DNA of 64,000 nt from Ignavibacteriota bacterium (GTDB lineage: Bacteria > Bacteroidota > Ignavibacteria > UBA10030 > UBA6906), in assembly GCA_963801355.1 (NCBI GenBank), contig CAWDEM010000004.1, positions 138,903 to 202,902 of the forward strand. Direction: 5' to 3'. The position numbers and the translations under genes are program-made. Positions 30,542-40,920 of the stretch are shown here, piece after piece (position 1 is the stretch's first letter; each line of letters opens with the position of its first letter). Below the pieces are notes generated by a model that ran no database searches, had not been told where the DNA came from, and worked only from the letters and a program-made list of their open reading frames with translations.

Positions 30542-31975
30542 ATGCAAAATAGCGATACAATAACGGCTATAGCAACCGCGCCTGGAGTAAGTGCCGTGGC
30601 AATCGTGCGGGTGAGCGGACCGCAGGCCGTGGGTGTGGCCGATGCGGTGTTCCGGGGCCGGGCGCCGCTTTCCCGGGCTGCCGGTTTTACCGTGCACTAC
30701 GGGCATGCCGTGGACAGATCCGGGGAACCGGTGGATGAAGTGCTGGCGACCATTTTCCGCGCGCCGCATTCGTACACGGGGGAAGACCTCGTGGAGTTCG
30801 GGTGCCACGGAGGGGCTGTGGTGACCGCCGCTGTGCTGGATGCGCTTCTGGGAGCGGGGGCGCGGAATGCAGAGCCGGGAGAATTCACCCGGAGGGCCTT
30901 TCTGAACGGGAGAATGGATCTTTCTCAGGCTGAAGCCGTGGCCGATCTCATTGGTGCTCGCAGCGGTCGGGCACGGCGGGCATCACTGGAGCAGCTGTCC
31001 GGGCGCCTCGGGAGCCGTGTGGGCGAACTGCGCAAAGAGCTCCTGGATTTATGTGCGTTATTGGAACTTGATCTGGATTTTGCGGAAGAAGGATTGGAGG
31101 TCATCAAACCCTCCGACGTGGAAATGCGGCTTGGGGCGGCGGCTTCGTGCGTGCGCCACCTAGCTTCAACCTACGAAGAAGGACGGCTGTACCGCGACGG
31201 CGTGGCGGTCGTCTTCGCCGGAAGACCCAATGCCGGCAAGTCAAGCCTCTTCAACGCCCTCCTGAAGGAGGAACGCGCAATTGTCACCGCCGTTCCCGGA
31301 ACCACGCGGGACTTCCTCGAAGAATCTGTCTCCCTTGACGGAATCCTGTTCCGTTTGATCGATACCGCAGGAATCCATGTGAGCGAGAATGCAATAGAAC
31401 AGGAAGGCATTCTTCGCGCTCGAAATGCACTGCGCACCGCTGACATCATCGTGCTGGTAATAGATGCGACTGAGGAAATCTCGCCCGGCATCCCCACTAA
31501 AGAACTGGGTCCGCTTACGGAAGGACAGAAACTTCTCATAACCCTCAACAAAACCGATCTTCTGAAAAACGGTCCTCTGAAAAGCGGTCCTTTGAAAACC
31601 GATCGTTGGGATCATGCACTCTCAGCAGATTTGGGCAACGGCGTGGAAGGTAGCGGCGAGGTTCTTCTGCCGGTTTCAGCTCTGACCGGAGATGGGATTC
31701 AGGAACTGCACAAGACTCTCGTGAAGCTTGCATCCTCAGGATTCAGGTCGGACGAACATGATGTGATAATCACAAACCGTAGACATAAGGAGGCCCTTGA
31801 ACGGGCGGCAGCGGACCTGGATCGGGCACGCACGACCCTGTCTCAGGGAGCGACTAACGAATTTGTCGCCCTGGATCTCCGGGAAGCTGTAAACTCCCTC
31901 TCGGAAATCACAGGTCAGCTGACAAGCGAAGAAATACTGAATGCCATTTTCTCCCGATTTTGCATAGGAAAGTGA
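30542..31975 (+). CDS. mnmE: tRNA modification GTPase MnmE (TrmE), with a 15-aa insert in the G domain
   Basis: Start [15 protein letters not shown]; G motifs [10 protein letters not shown] and TLNKTD; C-terminal CIGK. Confidence 0.9.
   Translation: MQNSDTITAIATAPGVSAVAIVRVSGPQAVGVADAVFRGRAPLSRAAGFTVHYGHAVDRSGEPVDEVLATIFRAPHSYTGEDLVEFGCHGGAVVTAAVLDALLGAGARNAEPGEFTRRAFLNGRMDLSQAEAVADLIGARSGRARRASLEQLSGRLGSRVGELRKELLDLCALLELDLDFAEEGLEVIKPSDVEMRLGAAASCVRHLASTYEEGRLYRDGVAVVFAGRPNAGKSSLFNALLKEERAIVTAVPGTTRDFLEESVSLDGILFRLIDTAGIHVSENAIEQEGILRARNALRTADIIVLVIDATEEISPGIPTKELGPLTEGQKLLITLNKTDLLKNGPLKSGPLKTDRWDHALSADLGNGVEGSGEVLLPVSALTGDGIQELHKTLVKLASSGFRSDEHDVIITNRRHKEALERAAADLDRARTTLSQGATNEFVALDLREAVNSLSEITGQLTSEEILNAIFSRFCIGK
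31550..31604 (+). repeat. 45-bp in-frame insertion (15-bp unit CTGAAAAxCGGTCCT repeated about 3 times, encoding [15 protein letters not shown]) flanked by 10-bp direct repeats AAAACCGATC, inside mnmE
   Basis: Read directly; removing the segment restores a canonical ...LNKTD-RWDH... junction. Confidence 0.6.
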
Positions 31976-31979
31976 CCTG

Positions 31980-33860
31980 ATGTTTCACGTGGAACATCGA
32001 TATGATGTCGTTGTGGTCGGAGGCGGACATGCCGGAATAGAGGCATCGCTCGCCGCGGCCAGGATGGGGTGCTCCACAGGTTTGATTACAATGCAGAAGC
32101 AGGCAATCGGCAGGATGTCATGTAATCCGGCCATCGGCGGTACCGCCAAAGGCCACCTCGTCAGGGAAATTGATGCTCTGGGAGGCGAAATGGGCAAAAT
32201 CGCCGACGCCACAGGCATCCACTTCCGTATGCTCAATACGTCGAAAGGCCCTGCGGTCTGGTCGCCTCGCTCTCAGAACGACCGGGAATGGTACGGCAGG
32301 GAAGCTCTCCGCCGCATCGAAATGCAGGATGGGATTGACATCATAGAGGACACAGTAAGTGATCTTGAGATAGAAGACGGTTCTGTGCGCGGCGTAATAA
32401 CCGGGACCGGCCTCAAGATAGGCTGTGCCACACTCGTACTCTGCAGCGGCACATTCCTCAACGCAATTATGCATACTGGAACTTCCAGGTCGGAAGGGGG
32501 GAGGTTCCAGGAGAAATCTTCCAACGGACTGACCGAACGACTCATGAAAGCCGGCCTGGTTTCCGGCCGACTTAAAACAGGTACCCCACCCCGCCTGCGA
32601 AGGGATTCTATCGACTACCAGGAGACGGAGATGCAACAGGGTGACGAGGATCCTACCCCGTTTTCGTTTCAAAACAACAAGATTACAAACCGTCAGATCC
32701 CGATGTACCTTACTTATACGAACAGCCTGACACACGACTTACTCAGGACCGGCTTCAATGAGTCGCCTCTCTTCACAGGAAGGATCAAGGGTATCGGTCC
32801 GCGATACTGCCCGTCGATTGAGGACAAGATCAATCGCTTTGCGGACAGGGATCGCCACCAGATATTTCTCGAACCCGAGGGATATGAATCGGATGTCGTC
32901 TACGTAAATGGCTTCTCTTCCAGCCTTCCCGCAGCCGTTCAGGAGATTGCACTCAAGAGCATACCGGGGCTTTCTCACTCCGTTATGGTCCGCCCGGGAT
33001 ATGCGGTCGAGTATGACTACTTCCCGCCATACCAGGTGCGCCATACACTCGAAACGAAGAAAGTGAATGGACTCTACTTTGCGGGGCAGATCAACGGGAC
33101 AAGCGGGTATGAAGAGGCCGCGGCACAGGGGCTGGTCGCAGGCATCAATGCGGCCCTGTCAGTCCAGGGGAAAGAGCCGTTCATTGTCGGCAGGAGCGAG
33201 GCATACATCGGAGTGCTGGTTGATGATCTGATAAACAAATCGACAGAAGAACCATACCGCATGTTTACATCGCGGGCAGAATACCGGCTTGCCTTGCGTC
33301 AGGACAATGCCGATTCCAGGCTTATGAGACGCGGATATGCCTTAGGGCTCATCCCGCAAGAGGCAATAGCTCGATTGGACGAGAAAGAGCTGAGCGTCAC
33401 TGCCGCCCGTGAGTACCTCCTTCGCGAGCGATTGTCAAAGAGCGAAATCCAGACTATTCTGGGAAGCGAAAATGGAGCCACGGTTCCAGAATCGGAGTCG
33501 CTGAACCAGATCCTGAGAAGACCTGGTGTAACACTGGAAAAAGTTCTCCGCGTGAGCAGACTGAAGGACAGTCATGTGGTCCAGCGGCTCATGGCTGACC
33601 GGGACGCCGCCAGACGCCTCGAGATCGAAGTCAAATATGAAGGTTATCTGAAGCGCCAGGATGAGCAGATCGAGCTTTTCAGGAAGAATGAGTCATTGAC
33701 TATTCCCGAGAACTTCGACTATGCTGCCATCAAGTCGCTGAGCAACGAGGGAAGAGAGAAACTAACGAAAATCCGCCCACGGTCAATCGGACAGGCAATG
33801 AGGATCAGTGGTGTAAGCCCTGCCGACGCGACTATCCTGATGATTGGCATCATGAGGTAG
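31980..33860 (+). CDS. mnmG: tRNA uridine 5-carboxymethylaminomethyl modification enzyme MnmG (GidA)
   Basis: FAD-binding [16 protein letters not shown]; full-length GidA. Confidence 0.95.
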   Translation: MFHVEHRYDVVVVGGGHAGIEASLAAARMGCSTGLITMQKQAIGRMSCNPAIGGTAKGHLVREIDALGGEMGKIADATGIHFRMLNTSKGPAVWSPRSQNDREWYGREALRRIEMQDGIDIIEDTVSDLEIEDGSVRGVITGTGLKIGCATLVLCSGTFLNAIMHTGTSRSEGGRFQEKSSNGLTERLMKAGLVSGRLKTGTPPRLRRDSIDYQETEMQQGDEDPTPFSFQNNKITNRQIPMYLTYTNSLTHDLLRTGFNESPLFTGRIKGIGPRYCPSIEDKINRFADRDRHQIFLEPEGYESDVVYVNGFSSSLPAAVQEIALKSIPGLSHSVMVRPGYAVEYDYFPPYQVRHTLETKKVNGLYFAGQINGTSGYEEAAAQGLVAGINAALSVQGKEPFIVGRSEAYIGVLVDDLINKSTEEPYRMFTSRAEYRLALRQDNADSRLMRRGYALGLIPQEAIARLDEKELSVTAAREYLLRERLSKSEIQTILGSENGATVPESESLNQILRRPGVTLEKVLRVSRLKDSHVVQRLMADRDAARRLEIEVKYEGYLKRQDEQIELFRKNESLTIPENFDYAAIKSLSNEGREKLTKIRPRSIGQAMRISGVSPADATILMIGIMR

Positions 33861-34615
33861 TGTTCCACGTGGAACAATCTATACTTTTTAACAATATTTG
33901 TAGGACAAACGGGCTGAACCTTTCACGGGAGCAGGTGGATCTCTTTGAGAGGTACGCCGGACTGCTTCTGGAGTGGAATGCCAAATTGAACCTGATTTCG
34001 CGGAAAGATCAGGAAAACCTCTGGGAAAGCCACCTGCTCCACAGCGTAGCCATATTATTTGGCCGGAGAGTTCCGGAAGAAATCAGAGTTCTGGATGTAG
34101 GCAGTGGTGGCGGTCTGCCCGGAATTCCTCTGGCGATCGTGAAACCGGGATGGAGCGTAACGCTTCTGGACTCGATAGGCAAGAAGACCAATGCGCTCCA
34201 GGACATTGTCGGTCGACTTGGCACAGGGAGGATCGAAGTAGTAAACGGGAGGGTTGAAGAGAGTGCTATTATTGCAGGGCGTCGCGGCAAGTACGATCTG
34301 GTGGTAGCGCGTGGCGTGGCGCCATTGGCTCAACTTGCGAAATGGTCCCGGCCGTATCTTACGAAGAAGACCGAAGTTACGAAGGAGAAGCATGAAGTTA
34401 CAGATGAGAAGAATGAAGTTACTCGTGAAGGGCCGGGGAAGTTCCTACCTGTGCCGTCAATGGTGGCGTACAAAGGGGGGGATCTGGAGGAAGAGTTAAA
34501 GGAGTTACGCATAAAGGTTCACGGCACGGTTCAGCGGGTTGACCATCTGGTGTTCCCGGGGAGTGCCGAAGCCGGGTTGGAAGGAAAGAAGCTTGTGGTA
34601 CTGCAGTTCACCTGA
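33860..34615 (+). CDS. rsmG: 16S rRNA m7G527 methyltransferase RsmG (GidB), with a K/E-rich heptad-repeat insertion
   Basis: GTG start overlapping the mnmG stop by 1 nt; SAM motif LDVGSGGGLPGIPLAI. Confidence 0.85.
   Translation: MFHVEQSILFNNICRTNGLNLSREQVDLFERYAGLLLEWNAKLNLISRKDQENLWESHLLHSVAILFGRRVPEEIRVLDVGSGGGLPGIPLAIVKPGWSVTLLDSIGKKTNALQDIVGRLGTGRIEVVNGRVEESAIIAGRRGKYDLVVARGVAPLAQLAKWSRPYLTKKTEVTKEKHEVTDEKNEVTREGPGKFLPVPSMVAYKGGDLEEELKELRIKVHGTVQRVDHLVFPGSAEAGLEGKKLVVLQFT
34364..34432 (+). repeat. 21-bp x3 in-frame tandem repeat (GAAGTTAC-containing units at 34373, 34394 and 34415) encoding TEVTKEK/HEVTDEK/NEVTREG inside rsmG
   Basis: Read directly. Confidence 0.5.
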
Positions 34616-34636
34616 TCATTCACTCTATAGCCGTTA

Positions 34637-35569
34637 TTGCATATGCCCCATGAACTTCTGAACACCCTGTCAAAACTGCTGACCGAGCAGCGCAATCCCG
34701 CGTCGATGAATCTCGACTGCATGTCCACCGAGGAAATCCTCCGCCTGCTCAACTCCCAGGATAAGCTTGTGCCGCTCGCAGTGGAAAAAGAGATTCCCTA
34801 TATCATGCAGGCCGTCGAGCTCATCGTGAACTCATTCCGCCGCGGCGGTCGCCTGCTCTATTTTGGAGCGGGTACAAGCGGACGCCTGGGCGTCGTGGAT
34901 GCATCGGAATGCCCGCCGACATTCGGTACACCTCCGGAACAGGTTGTGGGTGTGATCGCCGGCGGCCATGCCGCAATGTTCAAGTCGCAGGAAGGCGCGG
35001 AAGACAACGAGTTACAGGGCCGGAAAGACGTTGATGCGCACAACGTGACTTCGCTGGATACGATCTGCGGCATTGCCGCCAGCCGGCGCACGCCGTACGT
35101 GGTTGCGGCTGTCGCCCGCGCCCGGGAGCTGGGGGCGAATACTATCTACGTGACGACAAACCCGCGGGCGGATTTCGACCTCGACGTGGATGTGGCGATC
35201 TGTCCTGAAGTCGGGCCTGAAGTCCTGATGGGCTCAACACGCATGAAGTCCGGAACAGCACAAAAGCTCGTGCTCAATATGCTCACCACAACCGCCATGG
35301 TGAAACTCGGGAAAGTCTATGAAAACATGATGGTGGATCTGCAGCTGACCAACAAAAAACTGGTGGAGCGGTCGCGGCGCATTGTGATGATGGCAACCGG
35401 CGTGGAATATGAGGCCGCCGCAGAATACCTGAGGCGTGCGGGAGGACACGTGAAAAGCGCGATCGTCATGATCAAGACCGGAGTGGATTTTGCCGAAGCG
35501 CAGGCGCGCATCGCCGCTGCAGACGGATTTGTCCGCCGGGCTACGGGCGAAGGAGAGCAGACGCGCTGA
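34637..35569 (+). CDS. murQ: N-acetylmuramic acid 6-phosphate etherase
   Basis: SIS domain GRLLYFGAGTSGRLGVVDASECPPTFG and MurQ C-terminal region. Confidence 0.85.
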   Translation: MHMPHELLNTLSKLLTEQRNPASMNLDCMSTEEILRLLNSQDKLVPLAVEKEIPYIMQAVELIVNSFRRGGRLLYFGAGTSGRLGVVDASECPPTFGTPPEQVVGVIAGGHAAMFKSQEGAEDNELQGRKDVDAHNVTSLDTICGIAASRRTPYVVAAVARARELGANTIYVTTNPRADFDLDVDVAICPEVGPEVLMGSTRMKSGTAQKLVLNMLTTTAMVKLGKVYENMMVDLQLTNKKLVERSRRIVMMATGVEYEAAAEYLRRAGGHVKSAIVMIKTGVDFAEAQARIAAADGFVRRATGEGEQTR

Positions 35570-35580
35570 ATGCGGGGAAC

Positions 35581-38500
35581 ATGATGGCAGAGGTACTCAG
35601 AACAGAACTTGACAACAGTCCGCTCATCCACACACTGGCCGACAGGCTCCGCGCAACGCAACCGGGCGACGTGGTGCTGGTCACCGGTGTCGCCGGTTCA
35701 CTGACCGCGCTGCTGGTTGCATCGCTGCACGCGGCTTTGGAGCGGCAGGTGGTGCTGGTGATGCCCGAAAAGGACCAGGCCTTGCGTGCGGCGGATGATG
35801 TGATGCTGGCGTGGGGCGAGGGGGGCGTGCGTCTTTTTCTGGGGCGTGAGGATCATGAGGCTCTGCTGAGCGGGCGCAGCCGCGAGAGCAACGACGTACA
35901 GACGCTGCGGCTGTTGACCGGGGGGGAAGTGCGTATCCTGGTAACACATGCCGCCGGGCTCGCAGCGCGTCTCCCGCTTCCGGCGGAGGTGCAGCGTGAT
36001 GCGCTTGTACTGACACGCGGCAACGCGGCGGGATTCGAAGCAACAGTGCGGCGTCTGCAGCAGTTCCGTTTTGATCGCGCGGACATTGTTGAGCAACCCG
36101 GCGAATATGCGCTCCGTGGAGGCATTATTGATGTATTTCCCTTCGTAGGTGAGAACCCTCTCCGCATAGAGTTTTTCGGTGACACGGTGGAATCGCTGCG
36201 CGAGTTCGACGTGACGTCCCAGCGTTCCATCCGTCCGCTGGATGCGGCGGTGATTGTGCCGGACCTCCTGGCGGCGGAGCCCGGGGGCGAGGGCGGGATC
36301 CGGGGCGACACGACCCTGGTGGACTATATCTCTGATATAGCCGTTATTGTAATTACGGAGCCGCACGAGTGCGCTGATATCTGGCAAGGTCTCGTCGCGG
36401 CGGGACGGACCGACGTCGTTCACCCCGAACGGCTTGAAGAAGTGCTGGCGCTGTTTCCCCGCATACATGTGGCCTCCCTGCCCGAACGTCCCGCCGACCT
36501 GGATATCGGTGCACGCCACCAACCAGCGTTCAACGGCAGCGTGCAGATGCTGGTGCGCGATCTGGCGGAACGCCAGACCGGCGGGTATCGCACGCTTGTG
36601 ACCTGTGAGACCGGCCCGGAGCGGGACCGCATTCAGGAACTCATCGGCACGGCGATCGCTGCGCTGGATGAAGCGGAGCGACCCGATCCCGCGCGCGTCG
36701 AGTACCTGCTGGAACCGCTCCATGAAGGATTTCTCCTCCCATCCCTCCGCCTGGCACTGTACGCCGAACACCAGATCTTCGGCCGCGTCAAACGCCACCG
36801 CCACCGGCGCAAGGGCCGGTTCAAGGGCATTACCGAGACCGAAATGCAGCAGCTGCGCAAAGGCGACTATGTCGTGCACGAGGATTTCGGCATCGGGCGT
36901 TTTGCCGGACTCAAGACCATCCAGGTACGTGATGTGCATCTGGAGGTCGCATCCGTGGTGTATGAGGACGATGATGTTCTGTACGTCAACATCAGTTACC
37001 TGAACAAGCTGCAGAAGTACTCCTCGAAAGACGGACACGTCCCCAAAGTGCACCGGCTTGGCAGCGGCGAATGGGAAAAACTGAAAGCCCGCACGAAGAA
37101 ACGGGTGAAAGACATCGCCCGTGATCTCATACGCCTCTATGCGCGCCGCAAACACATTGAAGGGTTTTCCTTTCCTGCGGACACGCCCTGGCAGAAAGAG
37201 CTTGAAGCTTCGTTCGCGTACGAGGATACTTTTGATCAGGCGAAAGCCACCATGGACGTCAAACGTGACATGGAAAACGGCGCGCCGATGGACCGGCTGA
37301 TCTGCGGGGATGTGGGCTTCGGCAAGACGGAAGTTGCCGTGCGTGCGGCGTTCAAAGCGGTGATGGCGGGCAAGCAGATGGCGATGCTGGTGCCGACCAC
37401 GATCCTCGCGCTGCAACATGTGAATACGTTTCGCGACCGCATGGGGCGGTACGGTACCGCTATCGAGGTACTCTCGCGCTTTCGCGCCCGGAAGGATCAG
37501 GAGACCGTTCTCTCGGGTCTGGCCGAAGGAAGGGTGGATGTCCTGATCGGCACGCACCGCATCCTGTCAAAGGATGTGACATTCAAGGACCTCGGTCTCC
37601 TCGTGATCGATGAGGAACATCGCTTTGGTGTCGCCGCAAAGGAGAAGCTCCGGCAGATGCGGACGCAGGTGGACACGCTCTCGTTGACCGCCACGCCGAT
37701 TCCACGGACGCTCCATTTCTCGCTTCTCGGTGCGCGGGATCTCTCGATCATCGCCACGCCGCCGCGGAACCGCCTGCCGATCATCACGGAGCTGGTGCAG
37801 TGGAATGACGAGACCATCACCGACGCGGTGCGACGGGAAATCCGCCGCGGCGGCCAGGTGTACGTCGTGCACGACCGCGTGCAGACGATTGCCGATCTCA
37901 CGGCGCGCCTGCAACAGCTTCTCCCCGGCGTGCGGATGCGTTGCGCACACGGCCAGATGCATGCGCACGAACTGGAAGAAGTGATGCTTGCCTTTCTGGA
38001 GAGGAGGGTGGATTTGCTGGTCTCGACCAAGATCATCGAGTCGGGCCTGGATATTCCGAACGTCAACACTATTATCATCAACCGGGCGGACCGGTTCGGC
38101 ATGGCGGAGCTCTACCAGTTGCGCGGCCGGGTCGGGCGATCCAATGTCCAGGCGTATGCCTACCTCATCATCCCTCCCCTGTCGGTGATGGGCAGAACCA
38201 CCGTGCAGCGCCTGCAGGCGTTGCAGGAGTTCAACGAGCTCGGATCGGGATTTAACCTGGCGATGCGGGATCTGGAAATCCGCGGGGCGGGCAACATGCT
38301 GGGCAGCGAACAAAGCGGCTTCATCGAGGCGATGGGGTTCGAGACGTACACCCGCATTCTAGATGAAGCGGTGCGCGAGGTGAAGGAGGAAGAATTCCGC
38401 GATCTCTTTCCCGAGATCGCAGACCAGGTCCCCGCGCGCAGCGTTGTTGTGGAGGCGGATCTCGAGGCGCTCATCCCGGAGAGTTACGTGGCAAGCGAAA

Positions 38501-38910
38501 GGGAGCGTCTGCGCATCTACCGCCGGCTGCATGCCGTCAGCACGCCCGAGCAGCTGGAGGAGGTGGGCCAGGAATTGAGCGATCGGTTCGGGAGATTGCC
38601 CGATCCGGTGGAGACGCTTCTGGGGCTCATACGCATCAAGCTGGCTGCTGCGCGCCTGCAACTGCCGAAAGTGCATGTAGGCCGGGAAACCCTCCAGCTC
38701 TCCTTCCCGCCGGAATCAGCCACCGCGTTTTACGATGCACCGGAATTTCAGCAAATGATGAACGTGATTGGGCGCATGAGGGGTGCCGGCGTGCAGCTGC
38801 AGCAGACCGCCGATCAACTCAACGCCCTGTTTCCGCTGGGCGCGCAGAAGCCCGACGAGCAGATTATTGCCCGCGCACTGGAGTACCTGAAGGCCATCTC
38901 GAGCAACTGA
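35581..38910 (+). CDS. mfd: Transcription-repair coupling factor
   Basis: 1109 aa; UvrB-homology N-terminus, RNAP-interacting domain, superfamily-2 helicase motifs (CGDVGFGKTEVA, DEEHRFGV), TRCF C-terminus. Confidence 0.95.
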   Translation: MMAEVLRTELDNSPLIHTLADRLRATQPGDVVLVTGVAGSLTALLVASLHAALERQVVLVMPEKDQALRAADDVMLAWGEGGVRLFLGREDHEALLSGRSRESNDVQTLRLLTGGEVRILVTHAAGLAARLPLPAEVQRDALVLTRGNAAGFEATVRRLQQFRFDRADIVEQPGEYALRGGIIDVFPFVGENPLRIEFFGDTVESLREFDVTSQRSIRPLDAAVIVPDLLAAEPGGEGGIRGDTTLVDYISDIAVIVITEPHECADIWQGLVAAGRTDVVHPERLEEVLALFPRIHVASLPERPADLDIGARHQPAFNGSVQMLVRDLAERQTGGYRTLVTCETGPERDRIQELIGTAIAALDEAERPDPARVEYLLEPLHEGFLLPSLRLALYAEHQIFGRVKRHRHRRKGRFKGITETEMQQLRKGDYVVHEDFGIGRFAGLKTIQVRDVHLEVASVVYEDDDVLYVNISYLNKLQKYSSKDGHVPKVHRLGSGEWEKLKARTKKRVKDIARDLIRLYARRKHIEGFSFPADTPWQKELEASFAYEDTFDQAKATMDVKRDMENGAPMDRLICGDVGFGKTEVAVRAAFKAVMAGKQMAMLVPTTILALQHVNTFRDRMGRYGTAIEVLSRFRARKDQETVLSGLAEGRVDVLIGTHRILSKDVTFKDLGLLVIDEEHRFGVAAKEKLRQMRTQVDTLSLTATPIPRTLHFSLLGARDLSIIATPPRNRLPIITELVQWNDETITDAVRREIRRGGQVYVVHDRVQTIADLTARLQQLLPGVRMRCAHGQMHAHELEEVMLAFLERRVDLLVSTKIIESGLDIPNVNTIIINRADRFGMAELYQLRGRVGRSNVQAYAYLIIPPLSVMGRTTVQRLQALQEFNELGSGFNLAMRDLEIRGAGNMLGSEQSGFIEAMGFETYTRILDEAVREVKEEEFRDLFPEIADQVPARSVVVEADLEALIPESYVASERERLRIYRRLHAVSTPEQLEEVGQELSDRFGRLPDPVETLLGLIRIKLAAARLQLPKVHVGRETLQLSFPPESATAFYDAPEFQQMMNVIGRMRGAGVQLQQTADQLNALFPLGAQKPDEQIIARALEYLKAISSN

Positions 38911-38920
38911 GGGGGGAGTC

Positions 38921-38955
38921 GTGGGGAATTTTTCTCCCCACTCCACATTTTTCCC
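38921..38955 (+). terminator. Candidate rho-independent terminator after mfd: stem GTGGGGA / TCCCCAC, loop ATTTTTC, then a T-rich run
   Basis: Hairpin plus T-tract read directly, 11 nt after the mfd stop. Confidence 0.5.
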
Positions 38956-39046
38956 TCCCCACTTCCCGCCGGAATTCCCCCGATTAGCCCGTAATTGCCA
39001 TCCTGACTTGACTTTCACAGGTAATTCCCTATCTTATCCGAGTATT

Positions 39047-39072
39047 GTGGGTAAAAGTGGGTGGCTGGTGGG
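39047..39072 (+). promoter_or_regulatory. Three direct GTGGG repeats at 10-11-bp spacing (39047, 39057, 39068) about 25 bp upstream of the mraZ start: candidate MraZ operator in the dcw promoter region. A TTGACT -35-like hexamer lies at 39008-39013
   Basis: Sequence pattern; MraZ is known to bind direct GTGGG-type repeats upstream of mraZ in other bacteria. Confidence 0.55.
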
Positions 39073-39094
39073 TACATATCACTGGAGGTGATGC

Positions 39095-39538
39095 GTGTCT
39101 TCTTTCAAGGGTTCATACAGTTATTCCGTCGACAGCAAGGGACGGATTAACATCCCGGCGAGGTTGCGAAAATATGTCTCGACCGACGCCAATGATACCT
39201 TTATTGTCACGCGTGGCTACGACCAGTGCTTGTATCTGTACCCTCAGGATGAGTGGACCCGGCTTGAACTTGAAATTCGCCAACTCTCGTCAACCAATCC
39301 TAAGCACCGATTCTTCATTCGCAGATTGCTCGAATGGGCAACCGAAGCACAGCTCGACGGTCAGTTCCGCATCATGCTTCCGAAAGACCTGCTGCAATTT
39401 GCCGGGATCGAAAACGACGTGCTGATCATCGGAGTGCTGGAACATATCGAAGTGTGGAATCCCCGGATCTACGAAGCGTACCTGAAGACTCAAGACGAGT
39501 CATACGAAGCCGTAGCGCAAACTGTTCTGCAGAAATAA
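39095..39538 (+). CDS. mraZ: Transcriptional regulator MraZ
   Basis: GTG start; MSSFKGSYSYSVDSKGRINIPARLR...; first gene of the dcw cluster. Confidence 0.9.
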   Translation: MSSFKGSYSYSVDSKGRINIPARLRKYVSTDANDTFIVTRGYDQCLYLYPQDEWTRLELEIRQLSSTNPKHRFFIRRLLEWATEAQLDGQFRIMLPKDLLQFAGIENDVLIIGVLEHIEVWNPRIYEAYLKTQDESYEAVAQTVLQK

Positions 39539-39542
39539 CGGC

Positions 39543-40487
39543 GTGGTTCCTGGAGTGTTTCACATTCCGGTCCTTTGCCGGGAAGCGGTGGAAGCGCTGA
39601 TCACGGATGCGGAAGGGTGCTATGTGGACGGCACCGTGGGAGGCGGTGGTCATGCCGAACAGCTGTGTCTCCGGCTTCGCGGCAGAGGCCGCGTCATCTG
39701 TCTGGATGCCGATGCGGAAGCCCTGACGTCTGCACGCACGCGGCTGGCCCCGTTTGCAGAGCGGACGGATTTTCTTCAAACAAATTTTGCGGAGCTCACC
39801 GACGCGCTCCGGCGCGTGCATGTCACCCGGATACATGGGCTGCTGCTTGATCTCGGTGTGTCATCACATCAGTTCGACATCCCCGAGCGCGGTTTCAGTT
39901 TTCGTGGCGACGAACGCCTGGACATGCGTCTGGACCGGCGTCAACAGGCGACGGCGTGGGATCTGGTGAACGATGCCTCTGAAGGGGCGCTGGCCACACT
40001 GCTCTGGGAATTCGGCGAAGAGCGGGAGTCCCGGAGAATTGCGCGCTCTATCGTGGCGGCGCGGCCGGTCGACAGCACCGGAGACCTCCGGAGGATCGTG
40101 GAGCGTGCGGTTGGCGGCCGGTACCTGGTAAAATCCCTGGCGCGGGTGTTTCAAGCATTGCGCATCGCGGTGAATCATGAACTCGACAACCTGAGAAGTG
40201 TCCTTGTACAGGCGATCGGGCTGATGGTTCCCGGGGGTCGGCTTGTGGTGATCTCGTACCATTCGCTGGAAGACCGGATCGTCAAAGAGATGTTCCGCCG
40301 TGAAGCGGCATCGGCGGAGGAAAAGGACAATCCCTTTGCCCGCGGACCGGCGGCGGAGGGGCGGCTGCGGCTGGTCACCCGCAAGCCCGTGATTCCATCG
40401 GAAGAAGAAACAGCACAGAACCCCCGCGCGCGTAGCGCGAAGATGCGGGTGGCGGAACGAACGGATGTGGGAACGGAGCGGACATAA
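39543..40487 (+). CDS. rsmH: 16S rRNA m4C1402 methyltransferase RsmH (MraW)
   Basis: HIPVL...YVDGTVGGGGHA SAM-binding motif. Confidence 0.9.
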   Translation: MVPGVFHIPVLCREAVEALITDAEGCYVDGTVGGGGHAEQLCLRLRGRGRVICLDADAEALTSARTRLAPFAERTDFLQTNFAELTDALRRVHVTRIHGLLLDLGVSSHQFDIPERGFSFRGDERLDMRLDRRQQATAWDLVNDASEGALATLLWEFGEERESRRIARSIVAARPVDSTGDLRRIVERAVGGRYLVKSLARVFQALRIAVNHELDNLRSVLVQAIGLMVPGGRLVVISYHSLEDRIVKEMFRREAASAEEKDNPFARGPAAEGRLRLVTRKPVIPSEEETAQNPRARSAKMRVAERTDVGTERT

Positions 40488-40920
40488 AAGCAACGCCGGA
40501 CGTGTTCCCGAAGTGCACCGGGAACAACGGTACATCTTCAACGGCGAGCCAACTGCGGCGGTGTCGGGATATGCCGTTCGCCAGAACAGACGGACCATCC
40601 ACCGCCGGCTGTCGACGTTCAATATCATCCTCGCGTTGTTTGTGCTCGGCGCCGCCATCGTGTTCTACATCGACAATATTATAATAGTCAACCGGCTGGT
40701 CGTGGATGTGAATGCACTGCAGGTCAAGTATCAGCGGCAGCTCGAGACCAATGCCGCCCTGCAGGCGGAGGTCAATCACAAGGCATCGCTGGAGCGGGTC
40801 GGGAAGATTGCCTCCGAATCGCTTGACATGATGTATCCGCAGGAACAACCGGAGTGGGTGGGCGTGGATCCTGATTTACAGGAGCGCGCGGCACAGATCC
40901 GCAAGGAGCTTGGAGAATGA
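40465..40920 (+). CDS. ftsL: Cell division protein FtsL-like (single TM plus coiled coil); start uncertain
   Basis: Position between rsmH and ftsI; TM helice IILALFVLGAAIVFYI followed by a leucine-zipper-like segment. Confidence 0.6.
   Translation: MWERSGHKSNAGRVPEVHREQRYIFNGEPTAAVSGYAVRQNRRTIHRRLSTFNIILALFVLGAAIVFYIDNIIIVNRLVVDVNALQVKYQRQLETNAALQAEVNHKASLERVGKIASESLDMMYPQEQPEWVGVDPDLQERAAQIRKELGE

Noticed and set aside
35698-37557. 619-aa minus-strand ORF
   Set aside because: Antisense to mfd, which has unambiguous helicase motifs; no motifs; GC-driven artefact.
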